Assembly: GCA_036444215.1 (NCBI GenBank)
Contig: JAZGAA010000020.1
Location: 1-39,946, forward strand
Reading direction: 5' to 3'
Length of the DNA: 39,946 nt
Origin: Minisyncoccota bacterium
GTDB taxonomy: Bacteria > Patescibacteriota > Minisyncoccia > UBA6257 > UBA9933
Shown here: piece by piece, positions 31,242 to 39,275 of the stretch
Layout: each line of letters starts with the position of its first letter
Numbering within the stretch: position 1 is the stretch's first letter
Position numbers and translations under genes: made by a program
The notes under the pieces: generated by a model
The model's input: the letters and a program-made list of their open reading frames with translations, nothing else
Told to the model about the DNA's origin: nothing
Database searches by the model: none

Positions 31242-33692
31242 TTATAAAATTACTATTCCTATAATTCTGTCTTTCTCTTTTAATTTCATTATTTTTACGC
31301 CGCTTGTAGCCCGGCCAGCAGTTCTGATATTGGAAATTTTAGTTCTGATAATTTGTCCTTTTGCCGAAAGAGCTAAAAGTTCTTCTTCGTCTGTAATAAT
31401 TCGACTTGCCACAATCAGTCCGGTTTTTGAAGTAATTTTAGCGGTTTTAATTCCTTGGCCTCCACGGCTTTGAATTTTGTATTCTTTAAGCAACGTTTGT
31501 TTAGCAAACCCGTTTTCGGTTACTATTAGCAGTTTGGAATTTGTAATTTGAGATTTGGAGCTTACGTTTATTATATCAAGCCCAGCTACAAAGTCATCTT
31601 TCTTGAGTTTAATCGCCTTAACACCAGCAGCGGTTCTTCCCATTTGCCGCAATTGAGATTCTTTAAATCTTATTGCCTGCCCCAGTTTAGTTGCCAAAAT
31701 CACGCCGTCTTTTCCTGAAGAAAGCTTAGCCCATTTTAATCTGTCGTTTTTGGACAGATTAATGGCAATAATTCCGTTTCTTCTAACATTAGAGAATTCT
31801 TTAAGGGGTGTTTTCTTTATCAACCCATTCCGAGTATTCATTATAAGAAAAGCTGTTTGCAGGGCATTATCCGAATAGGTAACTATAGCCGTAATGCTTT
31901 CACCGGTTGGAATATCTAAAAAGTTTTGGATTAATTTGCCTTTGGCAGTCCGCGAGCCTGCAGGAATTTCATAAACTTTGGTTTGAAAAACTTTACCGCG
32001 GTCAGTAAAGAATAAAATATTATTGTGAGTATTGGCGGAAATAAAGTGAGTAAGAAAATCTTCTTCACCGACATCAGAGCCAATTAATCCTTTTCCGCCT
32101 CGGCGTTGGGCTTTAAAATTGGTTGGAGCCACTCGTTTAATGTACCCGCTTTTTGAAAGAGTAATAATTGTTTCTTCTTTAGGTATCAGGTCTTCTTCTT
32201 GGAATTCTTTAAGACCGCCGGCAACTAATTTAGTTCGCCGTTCATCTCCGTATTTATCTTTAATTTCCGATAATTCATCCTTAATAATTTTAAGAATTTT
32301 TTGTTTGCTTTTTAGAATTATTTCCAATTCATTAATAAGTTTTTTCTTTTCTTTTAATTCATCTTCAATTTTCTGCCGTTCCAAAGCTGCCAAAGTGCGG
32401 AGTTTCATTTCCAGAATTGCCGTTGCTTGAATACCGGTAAGCTTGAAATTCTTTACCAGTTTTTGATGGGCTTCTTCGGTGGTTTTTGATTTTTTAATAA
32501 CGGCAATTATTTTATCAATAACAGAAAGCGCCTTAGACAACCCTTCCAAGATGTGGGCACGTTCTTTTGTTTTGGTCAGTTCAAATTCCGTTCGGCGTCG
32601 CACCACTTCCTGACGATGTTCTATGTGGGCATGGAGAATATCTTTAACCGACATTATCTGCGGCTGAATCCCTTGGTTTAAAGCCAGCATATTTACGTGA
32701 AAATCTTTTTGAAAATCGGTATGCTTGAAAAGCTGATTAAGTATTTTTTGCGGAGAAACGTCATTTTTTAAATCAATAACAATTCTAATTCCTTCTTTAC
32801 CGCTTTCGTCTCGGACATCGCGAATGCCTTCTATTTTTTTGTTTTGAACTAATTCGGCAATTTTAATAACTAATTCTGATTTGTTTACTTGGTAAGGGAT
32901 TTCAGTAACAACGATATTAAATTGACCGCTTCGCTTCTCAATAATTTCTGTTTTTGCCCGGAGAGTAATCGGTCCCCGACCGGAAATATAGGCGTCAGTA
33001 ATCGCTTTTTTGTTGTAAATAATTCCGCCGGTTGGAAAATCCGGACCTTGAATAAATTTCATTAGGTCTTCAGTTGGAGATTTTGGGTTATCTATTAAAT
33101 ATAAAATAGCGTTTGTTATTTCGGTTAGATTATTCGGCGGAATATTGGTTGCCATTCCTACGGCAATTCCCATTGAGCCATTAAGTAAGAGATTTGGCAG
33201 TTTTGCCGGCAGAACTTTTGGTTCCTGATGGGCGCCGTCATAATTCGGCTTCCAGTCAACAGTTTCTTTTTCTATATTAATGAGCAATTCTTCGGCTATT
33301 TTGGAAAGTTTGGCTTCGGTGTAGCGGTAGGCGGCCGCGGAATCTCCGTCTTGGCTGCCAAAATTACCCTGCCCTTGAATTAGCGGGTATCTTAACGAAA
33401 AATCCTGAGCCATTCTAACTAAAGCGTCATAAACCGCTACGTCGCCGTGAGGATGATATTTCCCTAATACATTACCTATAATATTGGCAGATTTTCTAAA
33501 TTTTGCAGAATAATTAAGTCCATCTTCCCAAGCTGCCCATAAAATTCGGCGATGAACCGGTTTTAAGCCATCCCGAACATCCGGCAGAGCCCGGGAAACA
33601 ATCACGGACATGGCGTAATCTAAATATGATTCCTGAAGTTCAGTAGTAATCTCTCGCTTTTCTATTTTTTGAGGTTTTTTATTTGTGTCCAT
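31242..33692 (-). CDS. gyrA: DNA gyrase subunit A
   Basis: 816 aa. It has [31 protein letters not shown] and [10 protein letters not shown] (active-site Tyr context), plus a C-terminal beta-pinwheel repeat region. Confidence 0.95.
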   Translation of the reverse strand: MDTNKKPQKIEKREITTELQESYLDYAMSVIVSRALPDVRDGLKPVHRRILWAAWEDGLNYSAKFRKSANIIGNVLGKYHPHGDVAVYDALVRMAQDFSLRYPLIQGQGNFGSQDGDSAAAYRYTEAKLSKIAEELLINIEKETVDWKPNYDGAHQEPKVLPAKLPNLLLNGSMGIAVGMATNIPPNNLTEITNAILYLIDNPKSPTEDLMKFIQGPDFPTGGIIYNKKAITDAYISGRGPITLRAKTEIIEKRSGQFNIVVTEIPYQVNKSELVIKIAELVQNKKIEGIRDVRDESGKEGIRIVIDLKNDVSPQKILNQLFKHTDFQKDFHVNMLALNQGIQPQIMSVKDILHAHIEHRQEVVRRRTEFELTKTKERAHILEGLSKALSVIDKIIAVIKKSKTTEEAHQKLVKNFKLTGIQATAILEMKLRTLAALERQKIEDELKEKKKLINELEIILKSKQKILKIIKDELSEIKDKYGDERRTKLVAGGLKEFQEEDLIPKEETIITLSKSGYIKRVAPTNFKAQRRGGKGLIGSDVGEEDFLTHFISANTHNNILFFTDRGKVFQTKVYEIPAGSRTAKGKLIQNFLDIPTGESITAIVTYSDNALQTAFLIMNTRNGLIKKTPLKEFSNVRRNGIIAINLSKNDRLKWAKLSSGKDGVILATKLGQAIRFKESQLRQMGRTAAGVKAIKLKKDDFVAGLDIINVSSKSQITNSKLLIVTENGFAKQTLLKEYKIQSRGGQGIKTAKITSKTGLIVASRIITDEEELLALSAKGQIIRTKISNIRTAGRATSGVKIMKLKEKDRIIGIVIL

Positions 33693-33707
33693 TTAGTAAT
33701 TAGTAAA

Positions 33708-33774
33708 TAGGAACTAGTAAACAGGGGATAAATTTTTCGTTTTTTTATTCCTAACCCCTAGTTATTAGTTCCTA
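33708..33774 (-). promoter_or_regulatory. Imperfect 20-nt-arm hairpin between the small membrane protein stop and the gyrA ATG
   Basis: TAGGAACTAGTAAACAGGGG (33708-33727) pairs with CCCCTAGTTATTAGTTCCTA (33755-33774) at 17 of 20 positions. Both arms are built from AACTA[GA] words. Confidence 0.55.
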
Positions 33775-33775
33775 G

Positions 33776-34090
33776 TTACTTTTCTATTATTATCGTATTC
33801 TTACTCTTAATTTTATCCATAATTTCAGAAATCAAATTTTTCGTTTTGTCTTTTATCGATTGGCCGGTGATTATTAAGCCGGTTTTAAAAACCTGCCAAA
33901 AACTTGTTGAGTGAGCAATTTCATTGTCTTCAGGGGCGCCAATTTTCTCAATAGTGTAATTAAGATAAACCAGCCAGCCGCTGATTACAAAAATCATTGT
34001 TATGGCACTGACTCCTATTAGCCAGCGTTTCTTTGTTGCCTCATCAGAATTTTGGAGGTGGAGAATAAATGATTTTATATTTTTAAACAT
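33776..34090 (-). CDS. Small single-TM protein, unknown function
   Basis: 104 aa with one TM helix (WLIGVSAITMIFVISGWLVYL). It overlaps the upstream gene by 16 nt. Confidence 0.5.
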   Translation of the reverse strand: MFKNIKSFILHLQNSDEATKKRWLIGVSAITMIFVISGWLVYLNYTIEKIGAPEDNEIAHSTSFWQVFKTGLIITGQSIKDKTKNLISEIMDKIKSKNTIIIEK

Positions 34091-34704
34091 ACGATTTTCG
34101 TCTTTTTAATTTCTCCCAAATCTTTTTTCTTAATAGTCAGTTTTTCTTGCGGTGTCACTTTTTGATGGTTGAATTCTTCAATGAAATTTTTTACATCATC
34201 AGCGTGCCTTTTAAGGCCGGAAACCTTAAAGAAACTCGGAATAACAATTTTTGGTTCAAGTTGTTTGATTAATTTTACGGCTGATTTTTGGTCAATAAAC
34301 GGCGAGCCGCCGGATGGAATAAATAATAAATCCATTTCCTCAAAATATTCCAGAATTTCCGGCTCCAACACTTCTGAAAGATGCCCTAAAAAACCGAGTT
34401 TTATATCTTCTATTTTTATTAAGTAAACGGTTTTAAGAAGTTTTTCAGTTGATTCTTTAATTAAACCAAAGCCGGTGATATCAGTATTTTTAAGATTGTA
34501 TTCGCCGGGACCATAAATTAGTTGAGTAGTTTCATAGTTAATTAGTTGATTAGTTAAAGGAAACGATGTCAAAGTTTTTATAAGGATATCGGGTTTAAAA
34601 CGTGGCGGCGTTAAGCCGCTTTGATTAGTGAATGTGTCGGTTAGAATTGTTGTTTCACCGCTTTGGATTTTAAAACAGTTTTCACCGTAAAATGTGATAA
34701 TCAT
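34075..34704 (-). CDS. Metallo-beta-lactamase-fold protein (UPF0173/COG2220-like), metal motif degenerate
   Basis: 209 aa. The N-terminus MIITFYGENCFKIQ...ILTD is typical of this family. I could not see a canonical HxHxDH motif. Confidence 0.45.
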   Translation of the reverse strand: MIITFYGENCFKIQSGETTILTDTFTNQSGLTPPRFKPDILIKTLTSFPLTNQLINYETTQLIYGPGEYNLKNTDITGFGLIKESTEKLLKTVYLIKIEDIKLGFLGHLSEVLEPEILEYFEEMDLLFIPSGGSPFIDQKSAVKLIKQLEPKIVIPSFFKVSGLKRHADDVKNFIEEFNHQKVTPQEKLTIKKKDLGEIKKTKIVCLKI

Positions 34705-34717
34705 AAATTACAAATTC

Positions 34718-34782
34718 CAAGCACCAAATAACAAATAAGCACCAAATTCAAAATTCTAAACACGACGGGTTTCGGTCATTGA
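34718..34782. repeat. Dispersed intergenic repeat, related to positions 23-70 at the window start
   Basis: CAAGCACCAAATAACAAATAA (34718-34738) matches the reverse complement of 50-70 at 20 of 21 positions. AAAATTCTAAACACG (34750-34764) is identical to the reverse complement of 23-37. GGTCATTGA is a direct copy (34774-34782 and 38-46). Confidence 0.7.
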
Positions 34783-34851
34783 AATTTTACTATACTATTA
34801 TAACGCATCCCTACTTGATTTTCAATGAGGTTTGTGTAAAATGTCTTGAGT

Positions 34852-35946
34852 ATGCCAGCAGTAATCAACAAAAAATCTCTTTCACCGGTTGGGCAATTAA
34901 TGAAGCTTGAGCCGGACTTAATTTCTTTTCTTAAAGAAGGAGAATTAATTGAGGTGAAATTTTTAAACAAGGGCAGACGTGCTTTTTATTTTGATTTAGG
35001 GAAGTTTGGCACCGGCGTTGTTTACGGAAAAGAATTTTTAAATGCCAAAGAGACGATTAAGAATTTGAAACCCGGCGATTTAGTCAGCGCTAAAGTTGTT
35101 GGTTTGGAAAACGAAGATGGCTATATAGAACTTTCATTAGCCGATGCCCAAAAACAGAAAGATTGGCAAGAAATAAAAGAACTTAAAGAATCCGGCGAGA
35201 CGATTACAGTAAAGATAATCGGAGCCAACAGCGGCGGCTTGGTAGCTAAAATTAACGAGCTTAAGGCGTTTTTACCGGTTTCTCAGTTAGCCGGTGAGCA
35301 TTATCCGCGGGTTGACGAAGGAGAACGGAATAAGATTTTGGAAGAATTGCGAAAACTGGTTGGTCAGGAATTGCCGGCTAAAGTTATTGATTTTAATCCC
35401 CGAAATGACAAGCTGATTATTTCCGAAAAGGAAGCATTAGAAGAAAATATTAAAGAACTTCTTAATCAATATAAGGTAGGCGATGTAGTTGAAGGAGCTG
35501 TTTCCGGAATAGCAGATTTCGGCGTTTTTATAAAATTTACCGACAATCCGGCGATTGAAGGACTAATTCATATTTCTGAACTTGACCACCGGCTTATTGA
35601 AAATCCAAAAGAAATAGTAAAAGTTGACGAACAAATCAAAGCAAAGATTATTGAAATTAAAGACGGCCGGGTTTCACTTTCATTAAAAGCATTCAAGCCA
35701 GACCCTTGGGAAAAAATTGAAGAAAAGTATAAACGGGGTCAGGAAATCAGCGGCATGGTTAATAAATTTAACCCATTTGGCGCTTTCATTGATTTAAGTC
35801 CGGAAATTCAAGGGTTAATCCATATTTCAGAATTCGGCAGTGCTGAAGAAATGGGGAAACAATTGGAAATTGGAAAGAATTATCAGTTTATTATTGAAGC
35901 GGTAAAGTCAGAAGAGAAAAGGATAGTGCTAAAATTAAAGAAATAA
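34852..35946 (+). CDS. rpsA: Ribosomal protein S1-like protein with four S1 domains
   Basis: It has repeated S1 motifs (G..V.G.V, G.F..L, G..H.SE). ATG 34852 is preferred to the ORF-track TTG at 34846. Confidence 0.8.
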   Translation: MPAVINKKSLSPVGQLMKLEPDLISFLKEGELIEVKFLNKGRRAFYFDLGKFGTGVVYGKEFLNAKETIKNLKPGDLVSAKVVGLENEDGYIELSLADAQKQKDWQEIKELKESGETITVKIIGANSGGLVAKINELKAFLPVSQLAGEHYPRVDEGERNKILEELRKLVGQELPAKVIDFNPRNDKLIISEKEALEENIKELLNQYKVGDVVEGAVSGIADFGVFIKFTDNPAIEGLIHISELDHRLIENPKEIVKVDEQIKAKIIEIKDGRVSLSLKAFKPDPWEKIEEKYKRGQEISGMVNKFNPFGAFIDLSPEIQGLIHISEFGSAEEMGKQLEIGKNYQFIIEAVKSEEKRIVLKLKK

Positions 35947-35954
35947 TAGCAAAT

Positions 35955-35994
35955 AAACGGCTCATACGGCGTGTGAGCCGTTTATTTTGTTTTA
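35955..35994 (+). terminator. Rho-independent terminator after the S1 gene
   Basis: AAACGGCTCA-tacggcgtg-TGAGCCGTTT followed by ATTTTGTTTT. Confidence 0.8.
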
Positions 35995-36014
35995 AAAACT
36001 GCTATTTTTAGGGC

Positions 36015-36042
36015 TTGACTTATTTTAAAATTAACCTATTAT
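36015..36042 (+). promoter_or_regulatory. Candidate sigma-70 promoter of the ORFan at 36201
   Basis: TTGACT (36015-36020), a 16-nt spacer, then TATTAT (36037-36042). A purine-rich leader of about 150 nt follows, ending in AAGGAAGGAGAAAAG-ATG. Confidence 0.45.
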
Positions 36043-36200
36043 TTAAAGTAGTCCTAACTTTAGAGGATTTGTTCTTTGATTTTTTAATAACTTTTTAACG
36101 AAAAAAGGGGGTAAAAGAAATGACTTAGATTAAGGAATTTAAGAGAAAGGGAAGTGTTTACTTCAATATTTTAAATTTTAAAACCAAGGAAGGAGAAAAG

Positions 36201-36656
36201 ATGCAAAAGTCACCATCGCCTTATTTGTTTAATAAGATGCCAGAATCTCATGATTTTTGTCCTGTTTGTTCTTTAAGTGTGCCGCTCGCGAGGAGGATAA
36301 CCGAAGTTGATATTCATGACAACGAAATTGACATTCATCTAGAGTGTCGGCAAACGTGGTTGATTCAGGAAACCAAGAAGGTAATTATTTCTATAGCCGA
36401 AAACATAAAGGGCATCTGCGCGGAATCGTCAAGATTCTGTAAAAAAATCAAAAAGAAACTCAGAAGTAATTATCAAGAGCTTAATGAGCTCAAGACCTTT
36501 TTCCAAGAGATTGTTTCTTGGATAAAAGGAAGATTTGAATACTTTCGCCAGGTAGCTGCCAATACATTGAATAAGTTGTATAAGCAAATTAATTACCTTG
36601 CCGAAAAACTCGGTATTGGTGAGGAAATTATTTCTTTTCCTCTCCCAATCCATTAA
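36201..36656 (+). CDS. Hypothetical protein with an N-terminal Cys/His motif and a helical C-terminus (ORFan)
   Basis: 151 aa with a strong SD. It has H-D-F-C-P-V-C ... H-L-E-C, a zinc-ribbon-like spacing. The C-terminal half is predicted amphipathic and coiled. I recognise no family. Confidence 0.55.
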   Translation: MQKSPSPYLFNKMPESHDFCPVCSLSVPLARRITEVDIHDNEIDIHLECRQTWLIQETKKVIISIAENIKGICAESSRFCKKIKKKLRSNYQELNELKTFFQEIVSWIKGRFEYFRQVAANTLNKLYKQINYLAEKLGIGEEIISFPLPIH

Positions 36657-36658
36657 AT

Positions 36659-36886
36659 CTACGGCAGGTGCGCTGCAGTTATCTCGACGAGAGCGTGCCG
36701 TAGTGGCGAAGAAACAAACGACTTTTCTTCGTCAACCTCCTTTAAGTCTGCTGGAAACCGACACCAGCAGCAACAAGGGCCAATCGTTACGATTGGCCCT
36801 TATTAATCCCCGTAGTAGAAAAAGCACATTAATTTTCCTAGAACAGGAAAATTATTTATGCTTCGCAGTGCTTTTTCACTACGGGG
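36659..36886 (+). ncRNA. Candidate structured RNA: five consecutive hairpins, GC-enriched, family unknown
   Basis: H1 36659-36703 (CTACGGCA/TGCCGTAG). H2 36707-36731 (CGAAGAAA/TTTCTTCG). H3 36748-36770 (CTGCTGG/CCAGCAG). H4 36775-36801 (perfect 12 bp). H5 36808-36886 (9+10 bp, enclosing TAATTTTCC/GGAAAATTA). Confidence 0.4.
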
Positions 36887-36887
36887 T

Positions 36888-36916
36888 TTGACACTAAAAC
36901 GCAATACTAATATACT
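36888..36916 (+). promoter_or_regulatory. Candidate sigma-70 promoter of ftsH
   Basis: TTGACA (36888-36893), a 17-nt spacer, then TATACT (36911-36916). The ATG is 12 nt downstream with no SD. Confidence 0.55.
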
Positions 36917-36928
36917 AAATTTATATTT

Positions 36929-38764
36929 ATGAAGAGTTTATCTAAAAATATTTTTTGGGCGATTATTACGCTTTTAATGGTGGCGTTTATTTTTTCGTTT
37001 TTTTACAGCGAACGTGAAAAGCCGGAAGTTTTAGGTATTGGCCAATTAGTGGCTAAAATTAACAGCGAAGAGGTTTCTAAAATTATTGTCAGCGGCAATA
37101 ATCTGGAAATTGAATTAAAAGACGGCACCAAAGCCACCTCAAAAAAGGAAACCGAAGCCGGCTTAACCGAAACCTTTAAAAATTACGGTGTTGATTCGGT
37201 TGCTTTACAAAAAGTTGCTTTGGAAATAAAAGAAGAATCAGGATTTCGTTATTGGCTTAGTATTTTACTGCCGGCGCTTTTGCCTTTATTAATTATCGTT
37301 GCTATTTTTTGGTTTATTTTCCGGCAGGCCAAGAGCGGTATGGGTCAGGCCTTTAGTTTTGGCAAAGCTAATATTAAGCTTTTTTCAGCTTTTAAAGACA
37401 GGGTATTTTTCAATGACGTTGCCGGGCTTAAAGAATCCAAAGAAGAACTTTTAGAAGTTGTTGATTTTTTGAAACGTCCTAAAAAATACTTAGAGCTTGG
37501 CGCCCGAATTCCCAGAGGAGTTTTGTTGTTAGGGCTTCCGGGCACAGGAAAAACTTTGTTGGCCCGCGCCGTGGCTGGCGAAGCCAATGTGCCGTTTTTT
37601 CATATTTCCGGTTCAGAATTCGTGGAGATGTTTGTAGGAGTCGGAGCTAGTAGAGTACGGGATTTATTTCAGACCGCCAAGAAAGCAGCTCCGTCAATAA
37701 TTTTTATTGATGAAATTGACGCTATTGGCCGGGAACGGGGAGCTGGTTTGGGCGGTGGTCATGATGAAAGAGAGCAGACCCTTAATCAGATTTTAGTGGA
37801 AATGGACGGTTTTGACCGTGATACTAAGGTTATAGTTATAGCAGCCACCAATCGTCCTGATGTTTTAGACCAAGCTTTATTAAGACCAGGCCGGTTTGAC
37901 CGAAGAATTATTCTTGATTTGCCTGACATCAATGACCGCGAAGCGATTCTTAAAATTCACAGCAAAGACAAAGTTTTGGCTAAAGATATTGATTTACGCA
38001 AAGTAGCTGTGCGAACACCGGGATTTTCAGGAGCTGATTTGGCTAATTTAATGAACGAATCAGCTATTTTCGCAGCCCGGAAGAATCAGTTATTTATTAA
38101 TCAGCAGGATATTTTTGATTCTATTGAGAAAGTTCTTTTAGGTCCCGAACGCCGGAGTCGGGCTATTTCCCAAAAAGAAAAGGAAATCATTGCTTATCAT
38201 GAAGCCGGTCATGCCTTGGTAGCGGCAAGTTTGAAAAATGCTGACCCGGTTCAAAAAGTTTCTGTTGTAGCGCGCGGTCGGGCAGGCGGCTATACCATAA
38301 AACTCCCGATTGAAGAAACTCATTTGCGGACTAAGTCGCAGTTCTTGGCTGACTTGGCGGTAATGTTCGGCGGTTATGTTTCAGAGCAAATAACGTTTAA
38401 GGATGTCAGTACTGGCGCTTCCAATGATATAAAAGAAGCATCAGAATTAGCCCGCAAACTAATAACGAAATTTGGAATGAGCGAGAAACTTGGACCCATT
38501 GCTTTTGGTAAAAGTGATGAATTGGTTTTTTTGGGCCGGGAAATTGCCACTGAAAAGAATTATTCCGAAAAAATCGCCGCGGAAATTGACAAAGAAGTGA
38601 AGAGAATGATTGATAAAGTTTTTCAGGCTGCCAGAAAAATCATCACCGGTCGTAGAAAAGTATTAAAAGCCATTGCTCAAAAACTTATTAAAGAAGAAAC
38701 CATAGAAAAAGAAGCATTTGACGAATTGATAAAGAGTTTTAGATTAAAAGTGGTGAATGTGTAA
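36929..38764 (+). CDS. ftsH: ATP-dependent zinc metalloprotease FtsH
   Basis: 611 aa. It has two TM helices, Walker A (GLPGTGKT), Walker B (IIFIDEIDA), SRH, and the zinc site HEAGHA. Confidence 0.95.
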   Translation: MKSLSKNIFWAIITLLMVAFIFSFFYSEREKPEVLGIGQLVAKINSEEVSKIIVSGNNLEIELKDGTKATSKKETEAGLTETFKNYGVDSVALQKVALEIKEESGFRYWLSILLPALLPLLIIVAIFWFIFRQAKSGMGQAFSFGKANIKLFSAFKDRVFFNDVAGLKESKEELLEVVDFLKRPKKYLELGARIPRGVLLLGLPGTGKTLLARAVAGEANVPFFHISGSEFVEMFVGVGASRVRDLFQTAKKAAPSIIFIDEIDAIGRERGAGLGGGHDEREQTLNQILVEMDGFDRDTKVIVIAATNRPDVLDQALLRPGRFDRRIILDLPDINDREAILKIHSKDKVLAKDIDLRKVAVRTPGFSGADLANLMNESAIFAARKNQLFINQQDIFDSIEKVLLGPERRSRAISQKEKEIIAYHEAGHALVAASLKNADPVQKVSVVARGRAGGYTIKLPIEETHLRTKSQFLADLAVMFGGYVSEQITFKDVSTGASNDIKEASELARKLITKFGMSEKLGPIAFGKSDELVFLGREIATEKNYSEKIAAEIDKEVKRMIDKVFQAARKIITGRRKVLKAIAQKLIKEETIEKEAFDELIKSFRLKVVNV

Positions 38765-38766
38765 AA

Positions 38767-38838
38767 GCGTGCGTAGCTCAGTGGTAGAGCATTCGGCTTA
38801 TATCCGAATGGTCGGGGGTTCGATTCCCTCCGCACGCA
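38767..38838 (+). tRNA. tRNA-Ile with anticodon UAU
   Basis: Manual cloverleaf: acceptor GCGTGCG/CGCACGC, D arm GCTC-AGTGGTA-GAGC, anticodon stem TTCGG/CCGAA with loop CTTATAT, T arm GGGGG-TTCGATT-CCCTC. Confidence 0.8.
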
Positions 38839-38979
38839 CAAAATTTTATGCAATCTTTTTTAATAAATTTTTCTTAAACTTATCAAAAAAACCGCCGTAC
38901 TCTTTATTTCTATTTTTATTTTGGTTATTATTATTTTTGAAGACGTCTTAAGAAGATTGCTTAAAAAAGATATAAATAC

Positions 38980-39053
38980 GGGCGCGTAGCTCAATTGGTT
39001 AGAGCGTCTCGTTTACACCGAGAAGGTACGAGGTTCGAATCCTCGCGCGCCCA
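38980..39053 (+). tRNA. tRNA-Val (anticodon UAC)
   Basis: Acceptor GGGCGCG/CGCGCCC, anticodon stem TCTCG/CGAGA with loop TTTACAC, T arm CGAGG-TTCGAAT-CCTCG. Confidence 0.88.
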
Positions 39054-39064
39054 CATTTGAATAA

Positions 39065-39136
39065 GGGCGCATAGCTCAGTGGTAGAGCGCGTCGTTGACA
39101 TCGACGAGGCCGGAAGTTCGATCCTTCCTGCGCCCA
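39065..39136 (+). tRNA. tRNA-Val (anticodon GAC)
   Basis: Acceptor GGGCGCA/TGCGCCC, anticodon stem CGTCG/CGACG with loop TTGACAT, T arm GGAAG-TTCGATC-CTTCC. Confidence 0.88.
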
Positions 39137-39242
39137 CTAGAATTTATTTATTTAGTTATCCACAGTTGTAATACTTTTTTCTCATATTTTGAGGTATAAT
39201 AGATAATAAAGTAATCTCAAAAGGTCGAAAACTGTGAATTTA

Positions 39243-39258
39243 TCGCGAAATTTCGCGA
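39243..39258. promoter_or_regulatory. 16-nt perfect palindrome TCGCGAAATTTCGCGA upstream of the last gene
   Basis: It is self-complementary and lies 18 nt before the ATG at 39276. It is the only GC-containing block in an AT-rich leader. Confidence 0.45.
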
Positions 39259-39275
39259 AAAATAGTATTTAATTT

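Noticed and set aside
1-34790. The inverted related sequences at 23-70 and 34718-34782 as terminal inverted repeats of a large composite transposon.
   Set aside because: The intervening 34.7 kb is almost entirely housekeeping genes, with no transposase. The shared blocks are short (15-21 nt) and sit in promoter positions. A shared regulatory module is more parsimonious.
36598-36891. The 97-aa ORF covering the multi-hairpin region, and likewise 38757-38951 covering tRNA-Ile.
   Set aside because: The reading frames are by-products of GC-rich structured RNA or tRNA sequence. The first overlaps the end of the 36201 ORF and has Arg/Leu/Ser-rich nonsense composition. The second contains an entire tRNA gene.
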